Origin: a candidate division WWE3 bacterium
GTDB taxonomy: Bacteria > Patescibacteriota > WWE3 > UBA101185 > UBA10185
Assembly: GCA_012798115.1 (NCBI GenBank)
Contig: JAAZNV010000005.1
Location: forward strand, 1 to 50,703
Direction: 5' to 3'
Length of the DNA stretch: 50,703 nucleotides
A model generated the notes under the pieces. It saw nothing but the letters and a program-made list of their open reading frames with translations, ran no database searches and had not been told where the DNA came from. The position numbers were made by a program, and so were the translations under genes. Of this stretch, positions 26,015-35,816 are shown in pieces. The stretch's first letter is position 1; every line of letters starts with the position of its first letter.

Positions 26015-26794
26015 ATGCTCATTGATTCTCATTGTCATTTAGTTCATAAAAATTATGAAATTCCTTTAGAACAAATTCTTTCTGAAGCAAGAGAAAATGA
26101 TGTAAATAAATTTATTACCATTGGGACATCAATTAAAGAAAACGTAATTGCAATGCAAACAGCAGAAAAGATAAGAGATGTTTATTGTTCTATTGGAATA
26201 TATCCTCATGAAGATAAAAAGATAACAATAAAAGAATTAAGAAACTCTCTTAAGGAAAACTTAAAAAGATCAAGTAAGATTGTAGCTATTGGTGAATGTG
26301 GAATAGATATATCAAACTGGGAAAATGGAAGAAAGATAGAAGATCAGATAGAACTTTTTGAAATGCAGATAGACCTTGCCAAAGAGAATAATCTTCCAAT
26401 TATTATCCATAATAGAAATGGTGATAAAGAGGTTTTAAAGCTTTTAGAAAAACATTCCAGCTTTGATTTAAGAGGGGTAATACATTGTTTTGACTCAACT
26501 TGGGAATTCGCACAAAAAGTATTAAACCTTGGTTTCTATGTTTCCTTTAGTAACTTAATCACTTATCCAAGGAAGGATGACGTTCTTGAGGTGGTAAAAA
26601 ACATTCCAATGAATAGATTTCTAGTAGAGACAGATGCTCCTTACCTTCCTCCTCAAAGCTTAAGAGGTAAGAAAAATTATCCAAAATATGTTAGAATTGT
26701 TACTGAAAAAGTCGCACAGGTAAAACAAAAAACCTTTGAGGAAGTATCTAAAGCTTCATATGAAAACACCTGTAAGCTTTTTAGCATATTATGA
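26015..26794 (+). CDS. tatD: TatD family hydrolase
   Basis: DSHCH, AIGECGID, IIHNR, IHCF, ETDAPYL. Confidence 0.95.
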   Translation: MLIDSHCHLVHKNYEIPLEQILSEARENDVNKFITIGTSIKENVIAMQTAEKIRDVYCSIGIYPHEDKKITIKELRNSLKENLKRSSKIVAIGECGIDISNWENGRKIEDQIELFEMQIDLAKENNLPIIIHNRNGDKEVLKLLEKHSSFDLRGVIHCFDSTWEFAQKVLNLGFYVSFSNLITYPRKDDVLEVVKNIPMNRFLVETDAPYLPPQSLRGKKNYPKYVRIVTEKVAQVKQKTFEEVSKASYENTCKLFSIL

Positions 26795-28332
26795 GTTCAT
26801 TTGTAGAAAAAAATGATAGGTTTGTACATAGATCCCTTGAGGTGCTGCTTGGTGTGTTGACTTGGAGTTTCCTTACATCTCCAGTGTGGTTAGGTCTTCT
26901 TTACCCTCCAGCTATAGTATATCTTTTGACATTTTTAACTGTATATTGGTCGTATCTTGCGTTAAGGCATACTATTGGATTGTTTAAAGGGTATAGATTA
27001 TATGAGGAAGAAATGGCACAAGATTGGTATCTTGAATGTAGAAAACTAGATTTTTCTAAACTTCCAGATAAGGAAACATTGCCCTCAAATTTATCTGACA
27101 TTAAGCATATGATAATGATCCCAGTTGTTAACGAGCCAGATCAAGTTCTTGGAGATTGTATAAATAGTATCTTTAATCAAACGTTTTCCTTAAAACAAAT
27201 AATTATTGTATTTACTGTAGAAGAGAAATATTCAACTGAAGTGATTGAAAGAATTAAAAAAATAATTGGAGAAAAAGAAAAGGACTTTTATAAAATAATG
27301 TTTTTTGTACACCCTGCTGGTATACCAGGAGAAGCAATTGGTGATGGTGGTGCCAATAGAGCTTGGGGATCTTCTCATGCTGTAGAAGAACTAAGAAATC
27401 TTGGAGAAAATCTTAGGAATTATACTTTTAGTAATCTTGACTCAGATCATGTGTTAAATAGGCAGTACATTGCCAGGTTTACTTATGCGTACTTAACAAC
27501 GGATAAAAGAGATAATCACTTTTACTCATCAGCAGTTCCTCTTTTTGATAACAACTTGTGGAGAGTTCCTTTAATGATGAGATTAGAGGCAAACGGTGTA
27601 ACATTAGGAGTTTTATCTGACTGGGCAATATCGAAAGGAAAGGTTAGAAAGACTTTTTCTGCATTTTCCACGTCACTTCAAACATTAATTGATGCTGGAT
27701 ATTTTGATGTAGCCTTAGGAGCAGACGATACAATCTTTTATTGGAGAGCTTTCTTTGCAAGAAACGGTGAATTTGATGGAGTTCCATATTTTATTCCATA
27801 TTCTGCTGATGCTGTAGAAGGAAAGAATTATCTTGATTCTCATAAAAGTTTATACAAACAGCTTTTAAGATGGGGGTGGGGGGTAGTAGACTTTCCTCTT
27901 TCTGTAAAAGGGTTTATGAAGAATAAGGATATAAAAGTTTCAAAGAAAGTTGGATGGGTAGTTAGGCATTTAAAGGAAAGAGTTCTTCTTGTGAACACGG
28001 TATTTTTAATAACGTTTGGTTTTGGGATTGTTACTTTGGTAAATCCCTTTGTTAAACAATCAAACTTTGCATACAGTCTGCCAGATATTATGAGCACTAT
28101 ACTTACCTTGACTCTTGTGTTTTTAATTCCAGGAACATTTTTTAGAAGAAAGTTTGCAGTGCCTCCTCCAAAAGAATGGTCAAAAGTTAGGAGATTTCTT
28201 ACATACTTTGAAGGTCCTCTAATAATGTTGAATATGTTAACGTATTCCTTTTTGCCTTGGGTTCAAGCTCAAACAATGATGCTTTTTGGGAAGAAGTTTA
28301 AGAATTTATATCACACTGAAAAGATAAGATAG
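26791..28332 (+). CDS. membrane glycosyltransferase, GT2-like
   Basis: LDSD motif, DD, QLLRWGWG (QxxRW), flanking TM helices. Confidence 0.8.
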   Translation: MSSFVEKNDRFVHRSLEVLLGVLTWSFLTSPVWLGLLYPPAIVYLLTFLTVYWSYLALRHTIGLFKGYRLYEEEMAQDWYLECRKLDFSKLPDKETLPSNLSDIKHMIMIPVVNEPDQVLGDCINSIFNQTFSLKQIIIVFTVEEKYSTEVIERIKKIIGEKEKDFYKIMFFVHPAGIPGEAIGDGGANRAWGSSHAVEELRNLGENLRNYTFSNLDSDHVLNRQYIARFTYAYLTTDKRDNHFYSSAVPLFDNNLWRVPLMMRLEANGVTLGVLSDWAISKGKVRKTFSAFSTSLQTLIDAGYFDVALGADDTIFYWRAFFARNGEFDGVPYFIPYSADAVEGKNYLDSHKSLYKQLLRWGWGVVDFPLSVKGFMKNKDIKVSKKVGWVVRHLKERVLLVNTVFLITFGFGIVTLVNPFVKQSNFAYSLPDIMSTILTLTLVFLIPGTFFRRKFAVPPPKEWSKVRRFLTYFEGPLIMLNMLTYSFLPWVQAQTMMLFGKKFKNLYHTEKIR

Positions 28333-28346
28333 AAAGAACAAAGCAA

Positions 28347-29858
28347 ATGAGATTAGATAAAAGGATATTAAAGACAACAGAAAGTATGTTAATAAAGCTA
28401 AGGGATAAGACTTTATCAAGGTTTGTCCTAACGTCTTTAATGCCTCTTGCAACTTTCTTGTACACTCTCTTAAGATACAAATTTATAAGTGATGAAGTAC
28501 CTTTTTGGTATACAAGAATTTGGGGAGATGCTCAACTTGCACCTAAACACACACTTTTTTTAATTCCGCTGATATCCCTTGCAATTAGCTTATTTGGATT
28601 ATTGTTGATCATGATGAATAAATATTATATTAGATTCTACGAAGATGCAGTTTGGACGTGTGTTTCTTTTTGTAATACTTTTTTATTTGCTTCTGTATTT
28701 AGCATTATAAACAAAGCTTCTGCTCCTTTTACTTCAATAATTAATCCATTGTATATAAGTCTTCTTCCATCTTTTACTATTTCATTCTTATTACTTCACT
28801 TTATCATGCCATCTTTTATTGATCTAGCCCAAAGGAAAAGGTTAGTTACTAATCCTCAGGTTCACATTCACCCTGGAATGATTTTAAAGTCCCCATCTGC
28901 AAGAGGAGGGGGTTTTGTTTATGCAATTGTCTTTTTACTTACAGCCTTCTTATTTGTAGGATTTTCTAAAAACTTCTTAGGTTTTTATTTATCAATAATA
29001 ATGACTGCATTCTTGGGTATATTAGATGATTATCAGAATACTCATCCTTCTTCAAGTTATAGATTAATGGAAAACCCTGTTCTTAGGTTATTTCTTTTGT
29101 TTACTTCTGTACTTCCGGTTATTTTGTCTGGAGTAATGATTTATTCAGTTACCAATCCATTTGGTGGTGTTATAAACTTAAATATACTTGAAATTCAAAC
29201 TAACAATGGTGTCTTACCCATTGTTCCTATAATTGTTACTTCCGTTTGGGTTGTTTGGTTAATGAATGTTTTATCATGGTCAAATGGTGTAGATGGTCAA
29301 TTTCCAGGAATTGTAGGAATAGCTTCTATTATAATAGCTTTGCTAGCCTTAAGATTTAAAGACATTGAACCTAGTCATATTCAAATAGCTACTCTTGCAG
29401 CTATTAGTGCAGGTGCTGCTTTTGGATCAGTCAAATATAACTGGTATCCATCAAAAATAATGTGGGGGTTTGGGGCTATGTCTGCTGGGTTTGTAATTGC
29501 AGTTTTAGCAATACTTGCCCAAGCAAAGATTACAGTATCTGTTCTTATCGTCTTAATCCCTTTCTTAGATGCATCTTATACTGTAATAAGACGATTGGTT
29601 AAAGGAAAAAGTCCTTTTAGAGGTGATAAAGGTCATTTGCATCACATTCTTCTTGACAGAGGATGGAGTGTTAGCAAGGTAGCAATATTTTATTGGTTAG
29701 CTACCATGTTTTTTGGAGTAATTGGTCTTCTTTCCCCAGAGAGGCTAGTGTTTAAAATAGCTCTTATTATATCTGGTGTCGTGGAGTTTGTGTTAATAAT
29801 TTTAAACATTAGTTTAACAGGAAGAGATAAAGTAAGATCAGATACACAATCCTCTTAA
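28347..29858 (+). CDS. MraY/WecA-family polyprenyl-phosphate sugar-1-P transferase with an extra N-terminal membrane domain
   Basis: RGGG, GILDD, NGVDG, PFRGDKGHLHH. Confidence 0.88.
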   Translation: MRLDKRILKTTESMLIKLRDKTLSRFVLTSLMPLATFLYTLLRYKFISDEVPFWYTRIWGDAQLAPKHTLFLIPLISLAISLFGLLLIMMNKYYIRFYEDAVWTCVSFCNTFLFASVFSIINKASAPFTSIINPLYISLLPSFTISFLLLHFIMPSFIDLAQRKRLVTNPQVHIHPGMILKSPSARGGGFVYAIVFLLTAFLFVGFSKNFLGFYLSIIMTAFLGILDDYQNTHPSSSYRLMENPVLRLFLLFTSVLPVILSGVMIYSVTNPFGGVINLNILEIQTNNGVLPIVPIIVTSVWVVWLMNVLSWSNGVDGQFPGIVGIASIIIALLALRFKDIEPSHIQIATLAAISAGAAFGSVKYNWYPSKIMWGFGAMSAGFVIAVLAILAQAKITVSVLIVLIPFLDASYTVIRRLVKGKSPFRGDKGHLHHILLDRGWSVSKVAIFYWLATMFFGVIGLLSPERLVFKIALIISGVVEFVLIILNISLTGRDKVRSDTQSS

Positions 29859-29934
29859 CCATAATTTGTTTGTAATTTAATCTTCCTTTAATATTTATAC
29901 GTAGAATAGTGTATAACAAAAAATTTAGGTTAAG

Positions 29935-30603
29935 ATGAGACTCCTGATAATTAAAGATGATAAAGAATTGCTTAAAGATGTAATTAATGAAGTCGAGAAA
30001 AATTACATAGTTGATGTTGCTTCTAACGGATCTGATGGAGCATATTTATCTCAAGTTAACGACTATGATGTGATGGTGATAGATTCAGATCTTCCTGACA
30101 TTGATAGTGTTGAGGTGTGTAAAATGACCAGAGATGCAGATATAAAGACCCCAATCTTACTCTTATCTGGAAACAATGAGCCATCATGTAAGGCTAAAAG
30201 TTTAGATGCTGGAGCAGATGTTACTTTTTCAAAGCCAGTAGATGTAGATGAGTTTATGGCCCAATTAAGAGCTTTAGCAAGAAGAAATGGGATGTTGTGT
30301 AATGGAAGTATGATAAAAATTGGAAGAATGGAAATAGATTTGAAAAAGAAACAGCTTTATGTTGGTGATAAGCCCTTGCCTTTAAGGAGAAAGGAATTTG
30401 ATCTTCTTGAGTATCTTTTGTTAAACAAAGGAAGAGTAGTATCTAGAGAAGAAATATTAGAACATGTTTGGGATCAAGGGATTTATGTGTTTAGCAATAC
30501 CGTTGAAGTTCATGTAAGGAGCTTGAGAAACAGATTAAATAGATACGTTGGAAAGAAGTTTATTAAAACAATAAGAGGATTTGGTTATAAGATCGATGCT
30601 TGA
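29935..30603 (+). CDS. OmpR-family response regulator
   Basis: DD, IDSDLP and KP receiver motifs; KEFDLL, VEVHV, IRGFGY wHTH. Confidence 0.92.
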   Translation: MRLLIIKDDKELLKDVINEVEKNYIVDVASNGSDGAYLSQVNDYDVMVIDSDLPDIDSVEVCKMTRDADIKTPILLLSGNNEPSCKAKSLDAGADVTFSKPVDVDEFMAQLRALARRNGMLCNGSMIKIGRMEIDLKKKQLYVGDKPLPLRRKEFDLLEYLLLNKGRVVSREEILEHVWDQGIYVFSNTVEVHVRSLRNRLNRYVGKKFIKTIRGFGYKIDA

Positions 30604-31583
30604 GAAAACTTCTTAAAACCACTATTATCAGTATAGTGCTTCAAAAAATATATCAAATAATTAGAACAGCAAGGCCTAGACAGTGGTTGAAGAATGCAAG
30701 TATATTTGCAGCTCCTATCCTTGCAGGAAGGCTCTTTATTGGCGATACTTTTATGCTTTCCTTTAAGGCATTTATTGCGTTTTGTGCCATTTCTTCTGGA
30801 GCGTACTTCCTGAATGATATTGTAGATGCACCAAGAGATAGGCTTCATCCGATTAAGAAGAATAGACCTATTGCATCAGGGAAGCTTTCTGTTCCTCTAG
30901 CAGCCTTAGTCTCGTTACTTCTCATATCTGGATCTATAATTTATTCCTTCTTAAATCTTGATGATTATTTTTCAATGCTTCTTGTTTTTTATATCCTTCT
31001 TCAGCTTGCTTATTCCTTTTACTTTAGAAATGTAATCATCTTAGATTCATTAATTGTTGCATCTGGATTTGTAATAAGAGTGTTTGCTGGAGGGTTTGCA
31101 TCTAGAACTTCTGTTTCATCATGGCTTGTATTAACAACAATTGGAATCTCAATGCTTTTAGCCTTTGGAAAAAGAAGATCAGAAAAAACCATTCTTGCCA
31201 AGGTCTTGGGAAGTACAGAGGATGTAGAAACGAGAAAAACATTAAGACATTATCCAGATACCCTTCTTGATAGTATGATTTCCATGTCTGCGTCTTACAC
31301 TATTCTTACATACTCCCTCTTTACATTTATGACTTCTCCTTCAGGAGTGAGTTCTAGGATATCTACATTCTTACCATCGGTTTTAAAAAGCCCTAAGCTT
31401 ATGATGTTAACTATTCCTATTGTTATATATGGTGTTGCAAGATACTTATATGTAATCTATGAAAAAGAAGAAGGAGAATCTCCAGAAAGGGCTTTATTGT
31501 CTGATAAGCCTTTATTGTTGGCTGTTACCCTTTGGGGGCTATTAATAATGACAATAATATTCCTTCTTCCTGAAATTGGTTAA
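30600..31583 (+). CDS. UbiA-family decaprenyl-phosphate phosphoribosyltransferase-like protein
   Basis: RPRQWLKN, NDIVD..RDRLHPIKKNRPIASG, GKRRSE. Confidence 0.88.
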   Translation: MRKLLKTTIISIVLQKIYQIIRTARPRQWLKNASIFAAPILAGRLFIGDTFMLSFKAFIAFCAISSGAYFLNDIVDAPRDRLHPIKKNRPIASGKLSVPLAALVSLLLISGSIIYSFLNLDDYFSMLLVFYILLQLAYSFYFRNVIILDSLIVASGFVIRVFAGGFASRTSVSSWLVLTTIGISMLLAFGKRRSEKTILAKVLGSTEDVETRKTLRHYPDTLLDSMISMSASYTILTYSLFTFMTSPSGVSSRISTFLPSVLKSPKLMMLTIPIVIYGVARYLYVIYEKEEGESPERALLSDKPLLLAVTLWGLLIMTIIFLLPEIG

Positions 31584-31605
31584 TTTAATTGTTTGCTGTA
31601 TACTT

Positions 31606-31872
31606 TTAGTCTTCAATACCACTTGATTCAGTTGATTGGTAGTATTCTCTTTCCATATTCATTATTGCTTCTTCTACTTCATCAGGAATGTTTTCATTAG
31701 TAATTTCTATTTCTTCAACTTGTTCTCCTTGTCTTTCATCCTCAGCTGATAAAACTGTAGATTTATCTTCATATTTTATTATTCCCATTGATAGGATTGG
31801 AAAGATCAACATTCCAAGAAGTATTATAAAAAGCCCAGAATTAGCAAGTGTTTTAATAAATTTCTTTAACAT
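31606..31872 (-). CDS. small membrane-anchored acidic protein
   Basis: N-terminal TM, acidic tail; abuts the upstream gene. Confidence 0.6.
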   Translation of the reverse strand: MLKKFIKTLANSGLFIILLGMLIFPILSMGIIKYEDKSTVLSAEDERQGEQVEEIEITNENIPDEVEEAIMNMEREYYQSTESSGIED

Positions 31873-32433
31873 TTATTCCTTTTCTTGTAAATATCTATCA
31901 TCTTTATCATAATACTCAACATTCTCTTTCCCTATCTTTATTTCTTCTTCTATGTCAAAGATAAATAAAACTGTAGTAACAACAGTAATTGCAAGAGTGA
32001 TAAGAAACACCCATTTATACATAAGTCCTGATAGTGTCATAACTCCATTAACAAGTAAAAGCAGATAGGAATAAGAAAGCCATATAGCCCCTTGAGTATA
32101 CAAATCAAAGGAACTTTGAATTAGTGATGATATTTTTAGCGAAAATAATCTAGATGTAACACTAGGTTTGATATGTGACTCATGGAAAACAAGAGATTTA
32201 ATAAGAATAAAAAGCAAACCAAGAATGAGTATTATTATCATGACAAGAGCAGAGTAAGAGTTAACTTTTACGTAATCTTCTATACTTCCAAATACAAAGC
32301 CCTTTGTTGAGACCTCAAACTCTAGTTTGAGGCATTTAGAAACAAGGACTATAGAAATTATCCTTGTAGCTAGAAGAAGAATAGCAGGTAATATTGCTTT
32401 ATCTATTAGTCTTGTTAAAACCTTTGAAACCAT
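31873..32433 (-). CDS. hypothetical 4-TM membrane protein
   Basis: hydrophobic helices, FHESHIKP. Confidence 0.7.
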   Translation of the reverse strand: MVSKVLTRLIDKAILPAILLLATRIISIVLVSKCLKLEFEVSTKGFVFGSIEDYVKVNSYSALVMIIILILGLLFILIKSLVFHESHIKPSVTSRLFSLKISSLIQSSFDLYTQGAIWLSYSYLLLLVNGVMTLSGLMYKWVFLITLAITVVTTVLFIFDIEEEIKIGKENVEYYDKDDRYLQEKE

Positions 32434-32500
32434 ACAACTTGCCTGCTTTACTTAAAGTACTAAGGCAAACCAAGAGCAGGACTGATATGATATTACTACC

Positions 32501-33832
32501 ATGAGATTTGTTGAGTCAATGACGCAAATATTTAAAAAACCATATCTTTTGTTTTTTTCCATTCTCTTGTTTTTTACACCACTGATATTTGTAACTAACA
32601 CAAACGAACTCTTTGAGTTCCCAAAAATGTTCTTTATTTACTTCTTTGGTCTTTTTATAATTTTCTTTTTTATTTCTGATTTAATAATTAATTCTTCAAA
32701 AAAAACAAAACTAATCAAACCTTCTATTGTTGTTTTTTTATTTGTCTTTTTTACCTTTTTATCTACTGTATTCTCTTCACATATTTTAACGTCCTTGTCT
32801 GGTTACTATTCAAGATTTAATGATGGACTTTTTTCTTACTTGGTATTTTTTGGTTTGTACTTTGTAGCAATCAATAGGCTAAATGGAAAAGATCTCTTTA
32901 AGCTATTAAAAATATCTCTTCTTCCGATAATTCCTATTAGTATTTATGGGCTGGCTCAACATCTTGGCGGTCCTAATATACTTTGGAGTTTACCTGCAGT
33001 TGAGAGAGCTTATTCAACAATAGGACAACCAAATTGGCTTGCTCAGTACATGTCTATTCTTCTTCCTATCTGTTTATTATTTGCACTAACGGACGACTTC
33101 AATAATTTTAAATACTGGCTTTTTATTTATTCCTTAGGATTTTTTTGTCTTTGGGTTACATATTCTATGTCTGGCTTAGTTGGCTTCATTTTTGGAGTTG
33201 TAGTTTTATCCTTGTTGTTAGCTCATAAAAGAAGCACACAACACTTATTGTTTGTATCTGTACCAAAAGATATCTTCATTAGGATTGTCTTTCTTTTTGC
33301 TATATCCTTCTCTATAAGTATTACAAATATAGGTTTATTCAGAGGAAAAGTTAACGATGCAGTTATTGATACTAAAAAAACGATAAGTATAGTTAAGAAA
33401 GTTTATGCTTTAAGCAATGATTATGAGATATCTGATCCAGGATTTATTAGAATAGAGTTGTGGAAGAGCACATTTAATCTCATTAAATCTTCCCCTAAGG
33501 TATTTTTAATTGGAACAGGACCTGAGACTTTTCCTTATACCTTTCAACCTTTTAGAAATACAAAACTTAATTATTCTTCTGAATGGGACTATGTGTTTAA
33601 CAAGCCACATAACTATTATTTGGAACTATGGTCTGAGTCTGGGATAGTAACTTTATTGACATACTTTGTACTTTTGTGTTTTTTGTTTAAAAAACTTCCT
33701 TTGTTCTTATACCCTTCCCTTGTTGCGTTTGTAACGACAAATATATTTGGATGGCCTACGGTTTCCACTACTATTTTCTTTTGGTTTTTAATTTCTTGGG
33801 CTGATATATGGAACAAAGAACCAATAAGATAA
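32501..33832 (+). CDS. O-antigen ligase / oligosaccharyltransferase-like (Wzy_C) protein
   Basis: RAYSTIGQPN, R...W, GTGPETF, PHNYYLEL. Confidence 0.88.
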   Translation: MRFVESMTQIFKKPYLLFFSILLFFTPLIFVTNTNELFEFPKMFFIYFFGLFIIFFFISDLIINSSKKTKLIKPSIVVFLFVFFTFLSTVFSSHILTSLSGYYSRFNDGLFSYLVFFGLYFVAINRLNGKDLFKLLKISLLPIIPISIYGLAQHLGGPNILWSLPAVERAYSTIGQPNWLAQYMSILLPICLLFALTDDFNNFKYWLFIYSLGFFCLWVTYSMSGLVGFIFGVVVLSLLLAHKRSTQHLLFVSVPKDIFIRIVFLFAISFSISITNIGLFRGKVNDAVIDTKKTISIVKKVYALSNDYEISDPGFIRIELWKSTFNLIKSSPKVFLIGTGPETFPYTFQPFRNTKLNYSSEWDYVFNKPHNYYLELWSESGIVTLLTYFVLLCFLFKKLPLFLYPSLVAFVTTNIFGWPTVSTTIFFWFLISWADIWNKEPIR

Positions 33833-34437
33833 ATGAAAAAAAGAGTAAAAAAGGAAGACAAGTTATACTTCTTGGATTATTGTGGTTATTTTATCTTGCT
33901 GTGCTTTTCTTTTTATCTAAAATTTATCTTGCAGATATTTACTTTAAAAAGTCCCAAGCACTCCTTAATATAGGAGACGAAAAGAATGCTTTTTCTTATG
34001 TCAATAAAGCCATTAGCCTTAATCCTTATGAACCTAACTATTACAGAGGGAGAGCTAAGGTTAATACAATTAGGTTGGTTGCAGTTGCTAGTGAAGAAGA
34101 TGTGAAAAAGGATATTTTATTTGATCTTCAAAAAGCTTACAGTTTAAATCCTACTAATTTAGTTACTATTAGAAACTCTATACCTCTTTATTATTTTATT
34201 GCAGTGAGAGATTTAAGTGTCGGCCCAGGCGCAAGCAATGTTGATGAAAAGTATATTGATTACACCAAGGAGTTTTTTAGAGCTGCAAAAAGAAATTATT
34301 GGAATGATGTTGGTGTGATATCTTCACTTGCTAAGTATGAGAAGAAGTTAGGATTAAAGATTGAATATGAAGAAAGCCTAGAAAGGATAGAATTTTTAAG
34401 ACCGGATCTTCTCAAGTGGAATGAATCTTTTAGATAG
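33808..34437 (+). CDS. membrane-anchored TPR-like protein
   Basis: TM followed by AISLNP and AYSLNP TPR-like turns. Confidence 0.65.
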   Translation: MEQRTNKINEKKSKKGRQVILLGLLWLFYLAVLFFLSKIYLADIYFKKSQALLNIGDEKNAFSYVNKAISLNPYEPNYYRGRAKVNTIRLVAVASEEDVKKDILFDLQKAYSLNPTNLVTIRNSIPLYYFIAVRDLSVGPGASNVDEKYIDYTKEFFRAAKRNYWNDVGVISSLAKYEKKLGLKIEYEESLERIEFLRPDLLKWNESFR

Positions 34438-34475
34438 TATACGTTTAGGTCTTAAGGTTATTAAACTACCTAAAC

Positions 34476-35654
34476 TTATTGTGACAAGGACACATAAGTT
34501 GAAGACACCCATCCTTCTATGGCATCTGATATCTTTATCTTTATCCAGTCAGTCTTTTCTTCAATCACATTGTATGAATTACCTGATGTTACTCTAGATA
34601 TTTCTGTGCCGTTCAAGCTTGGTTCACTTCTAACTCTTAACCACCCTGTTGGGGTGTCTAGTATCTTTGCTGTTTTGGAAGAAATACCCAGAGCAGATAG
34701 TGTGTTTAATGCATCTTTTGCTTCTTTTGTAAGTCCTGTACCATCTGATATTCTTCCAAGGTATGCTCCTTTTTTAAGATCTTTCAGTGCATTAAACTCT
34801 TCTTTTGTTTGTACTATATTTCCTTCTGAGTCATAGATATTTCCATTAAAATCTATGAAGTAGTCAAATACGTTTTCCTTATTTAGTCCTGTATCATCTA
34901 TGTTTATTCCTCTTGTTTTATTCCAATACAAGATACCTTTTACCCAGGATGACGTATCAGATGTTAACAGTGTATTGTCTGAGGATAAATCGTAAAGTCC
35001 TGCAGATCCCTCAAATGCTTTTACACCAGATAAAACTGGATAAGGAAAAAGTTTAATAGAACCGTTTAGTGTATATCCTTTTTGGATATTTATTCTTGCA
35101 GTTTGAGTTTCATATCCAGAAAGAGAAATCTTTAGTTCATAATCTCCTGTTGTTATTGATGACGAAGAAAACGGAGTTTTTCCAACTTCTGATCCGTCAA
35201 TAGATACTGTAGCACCAGATGGATCAGACACAATTCTTAAAGTATCATTTGGATTATCTTTATCAAACCAAAATTCCTGTCCTGAAGAAAACACATCAGA
35301 AACTCCAAGATCTCTGACTAACCCAACTGCAAATGTTTCCCCTTTTTTAGAAGGTAAAAATTTTATTGTGGTTTGATATTGTTGAGAATCACTTTTTATC
35401 GTTACGGTATTTGTTCCAGACTTAATATCTTTTGATTCAAATGGAGTTTTACCAACCTCCTTATTGTTTACAAGAACTGTGGCTTCTCCGTTCACAACTT
35501 CAACCGTCAATCCTGCTTTTCCGCCAAATCCTCCAAGATACTTAAGCACTTCACCTCCAAAGAATACCACAAGAGCAACACCTAGTATTCCTAGGAAATA
35601 TATGAGGACAGTTGAAAATGACTTATTATCGTTTCTTATAGTAGATACTGCCAT
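34476..35654 (-). CDS. PEGA-domain protein with C-terminal bacterial SH3 domain
   Basis: two GKTP PEGA repeats; WLRVRSEPS...WIKI...GWVS. Confidence 0.88.
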   Translation of the reverse strand: MAVSTIRNDNKSFSTVLIYFLGILGVALVVFFGGEVLKYLGGFGGKAGLTVEVVNGEATVLVNNKEVGKTPFESKDIKSGTNTVTIKSDSQQYQTTIKFLPSKKGETFAVGLVRDLGVSDVFSSGQEFWFDKDNPNDTLRIVSDPSGATVSIDGSEVGKTPFSSSSITTGDYELKISLSGYETQTARINIQKGYTLNGSIKLFPYPVLSGVKAFEGSAGLYDLSSDNTLLTSDTSSWVKGILYWNKTRGINIDDTGLNKENVFDYFIDFNGNIYDSEGNIVQTKEEFNALKDLKKGAYLGRISDGTGLTKEAKDALNTLSALGISSKTAKILDTPTGWLRVRSEPSLNGTEISRVTSGNSYNVIEEKTDWIKIKISDAIEGWVSSTYVSLSQ

Positions 35655-35725
35655 GTCTTAATACCTAAATTATCACGATGATGGTAAAATAGCAATATCA
35701 ATTAGTTGGCTTTGTAGCTTGATTT

Positions 35726-35800
35726 GGCCTGGTAGCCAAGTGGTAAGGCGAGGGTCTGCAAAACCCTTACACGCGGGTTCGATTCCCGCCCAGGCCTCCA
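35726..35800 (+). tRNA. tRNA-Cys(GCA)
   Basis: AGGGT-CTGCAAA-ACCCT, U73 discriminator, CCA. Confidence 0.95.
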
Positions 35801-35816
35801 TATTGTGAGATTTGGA

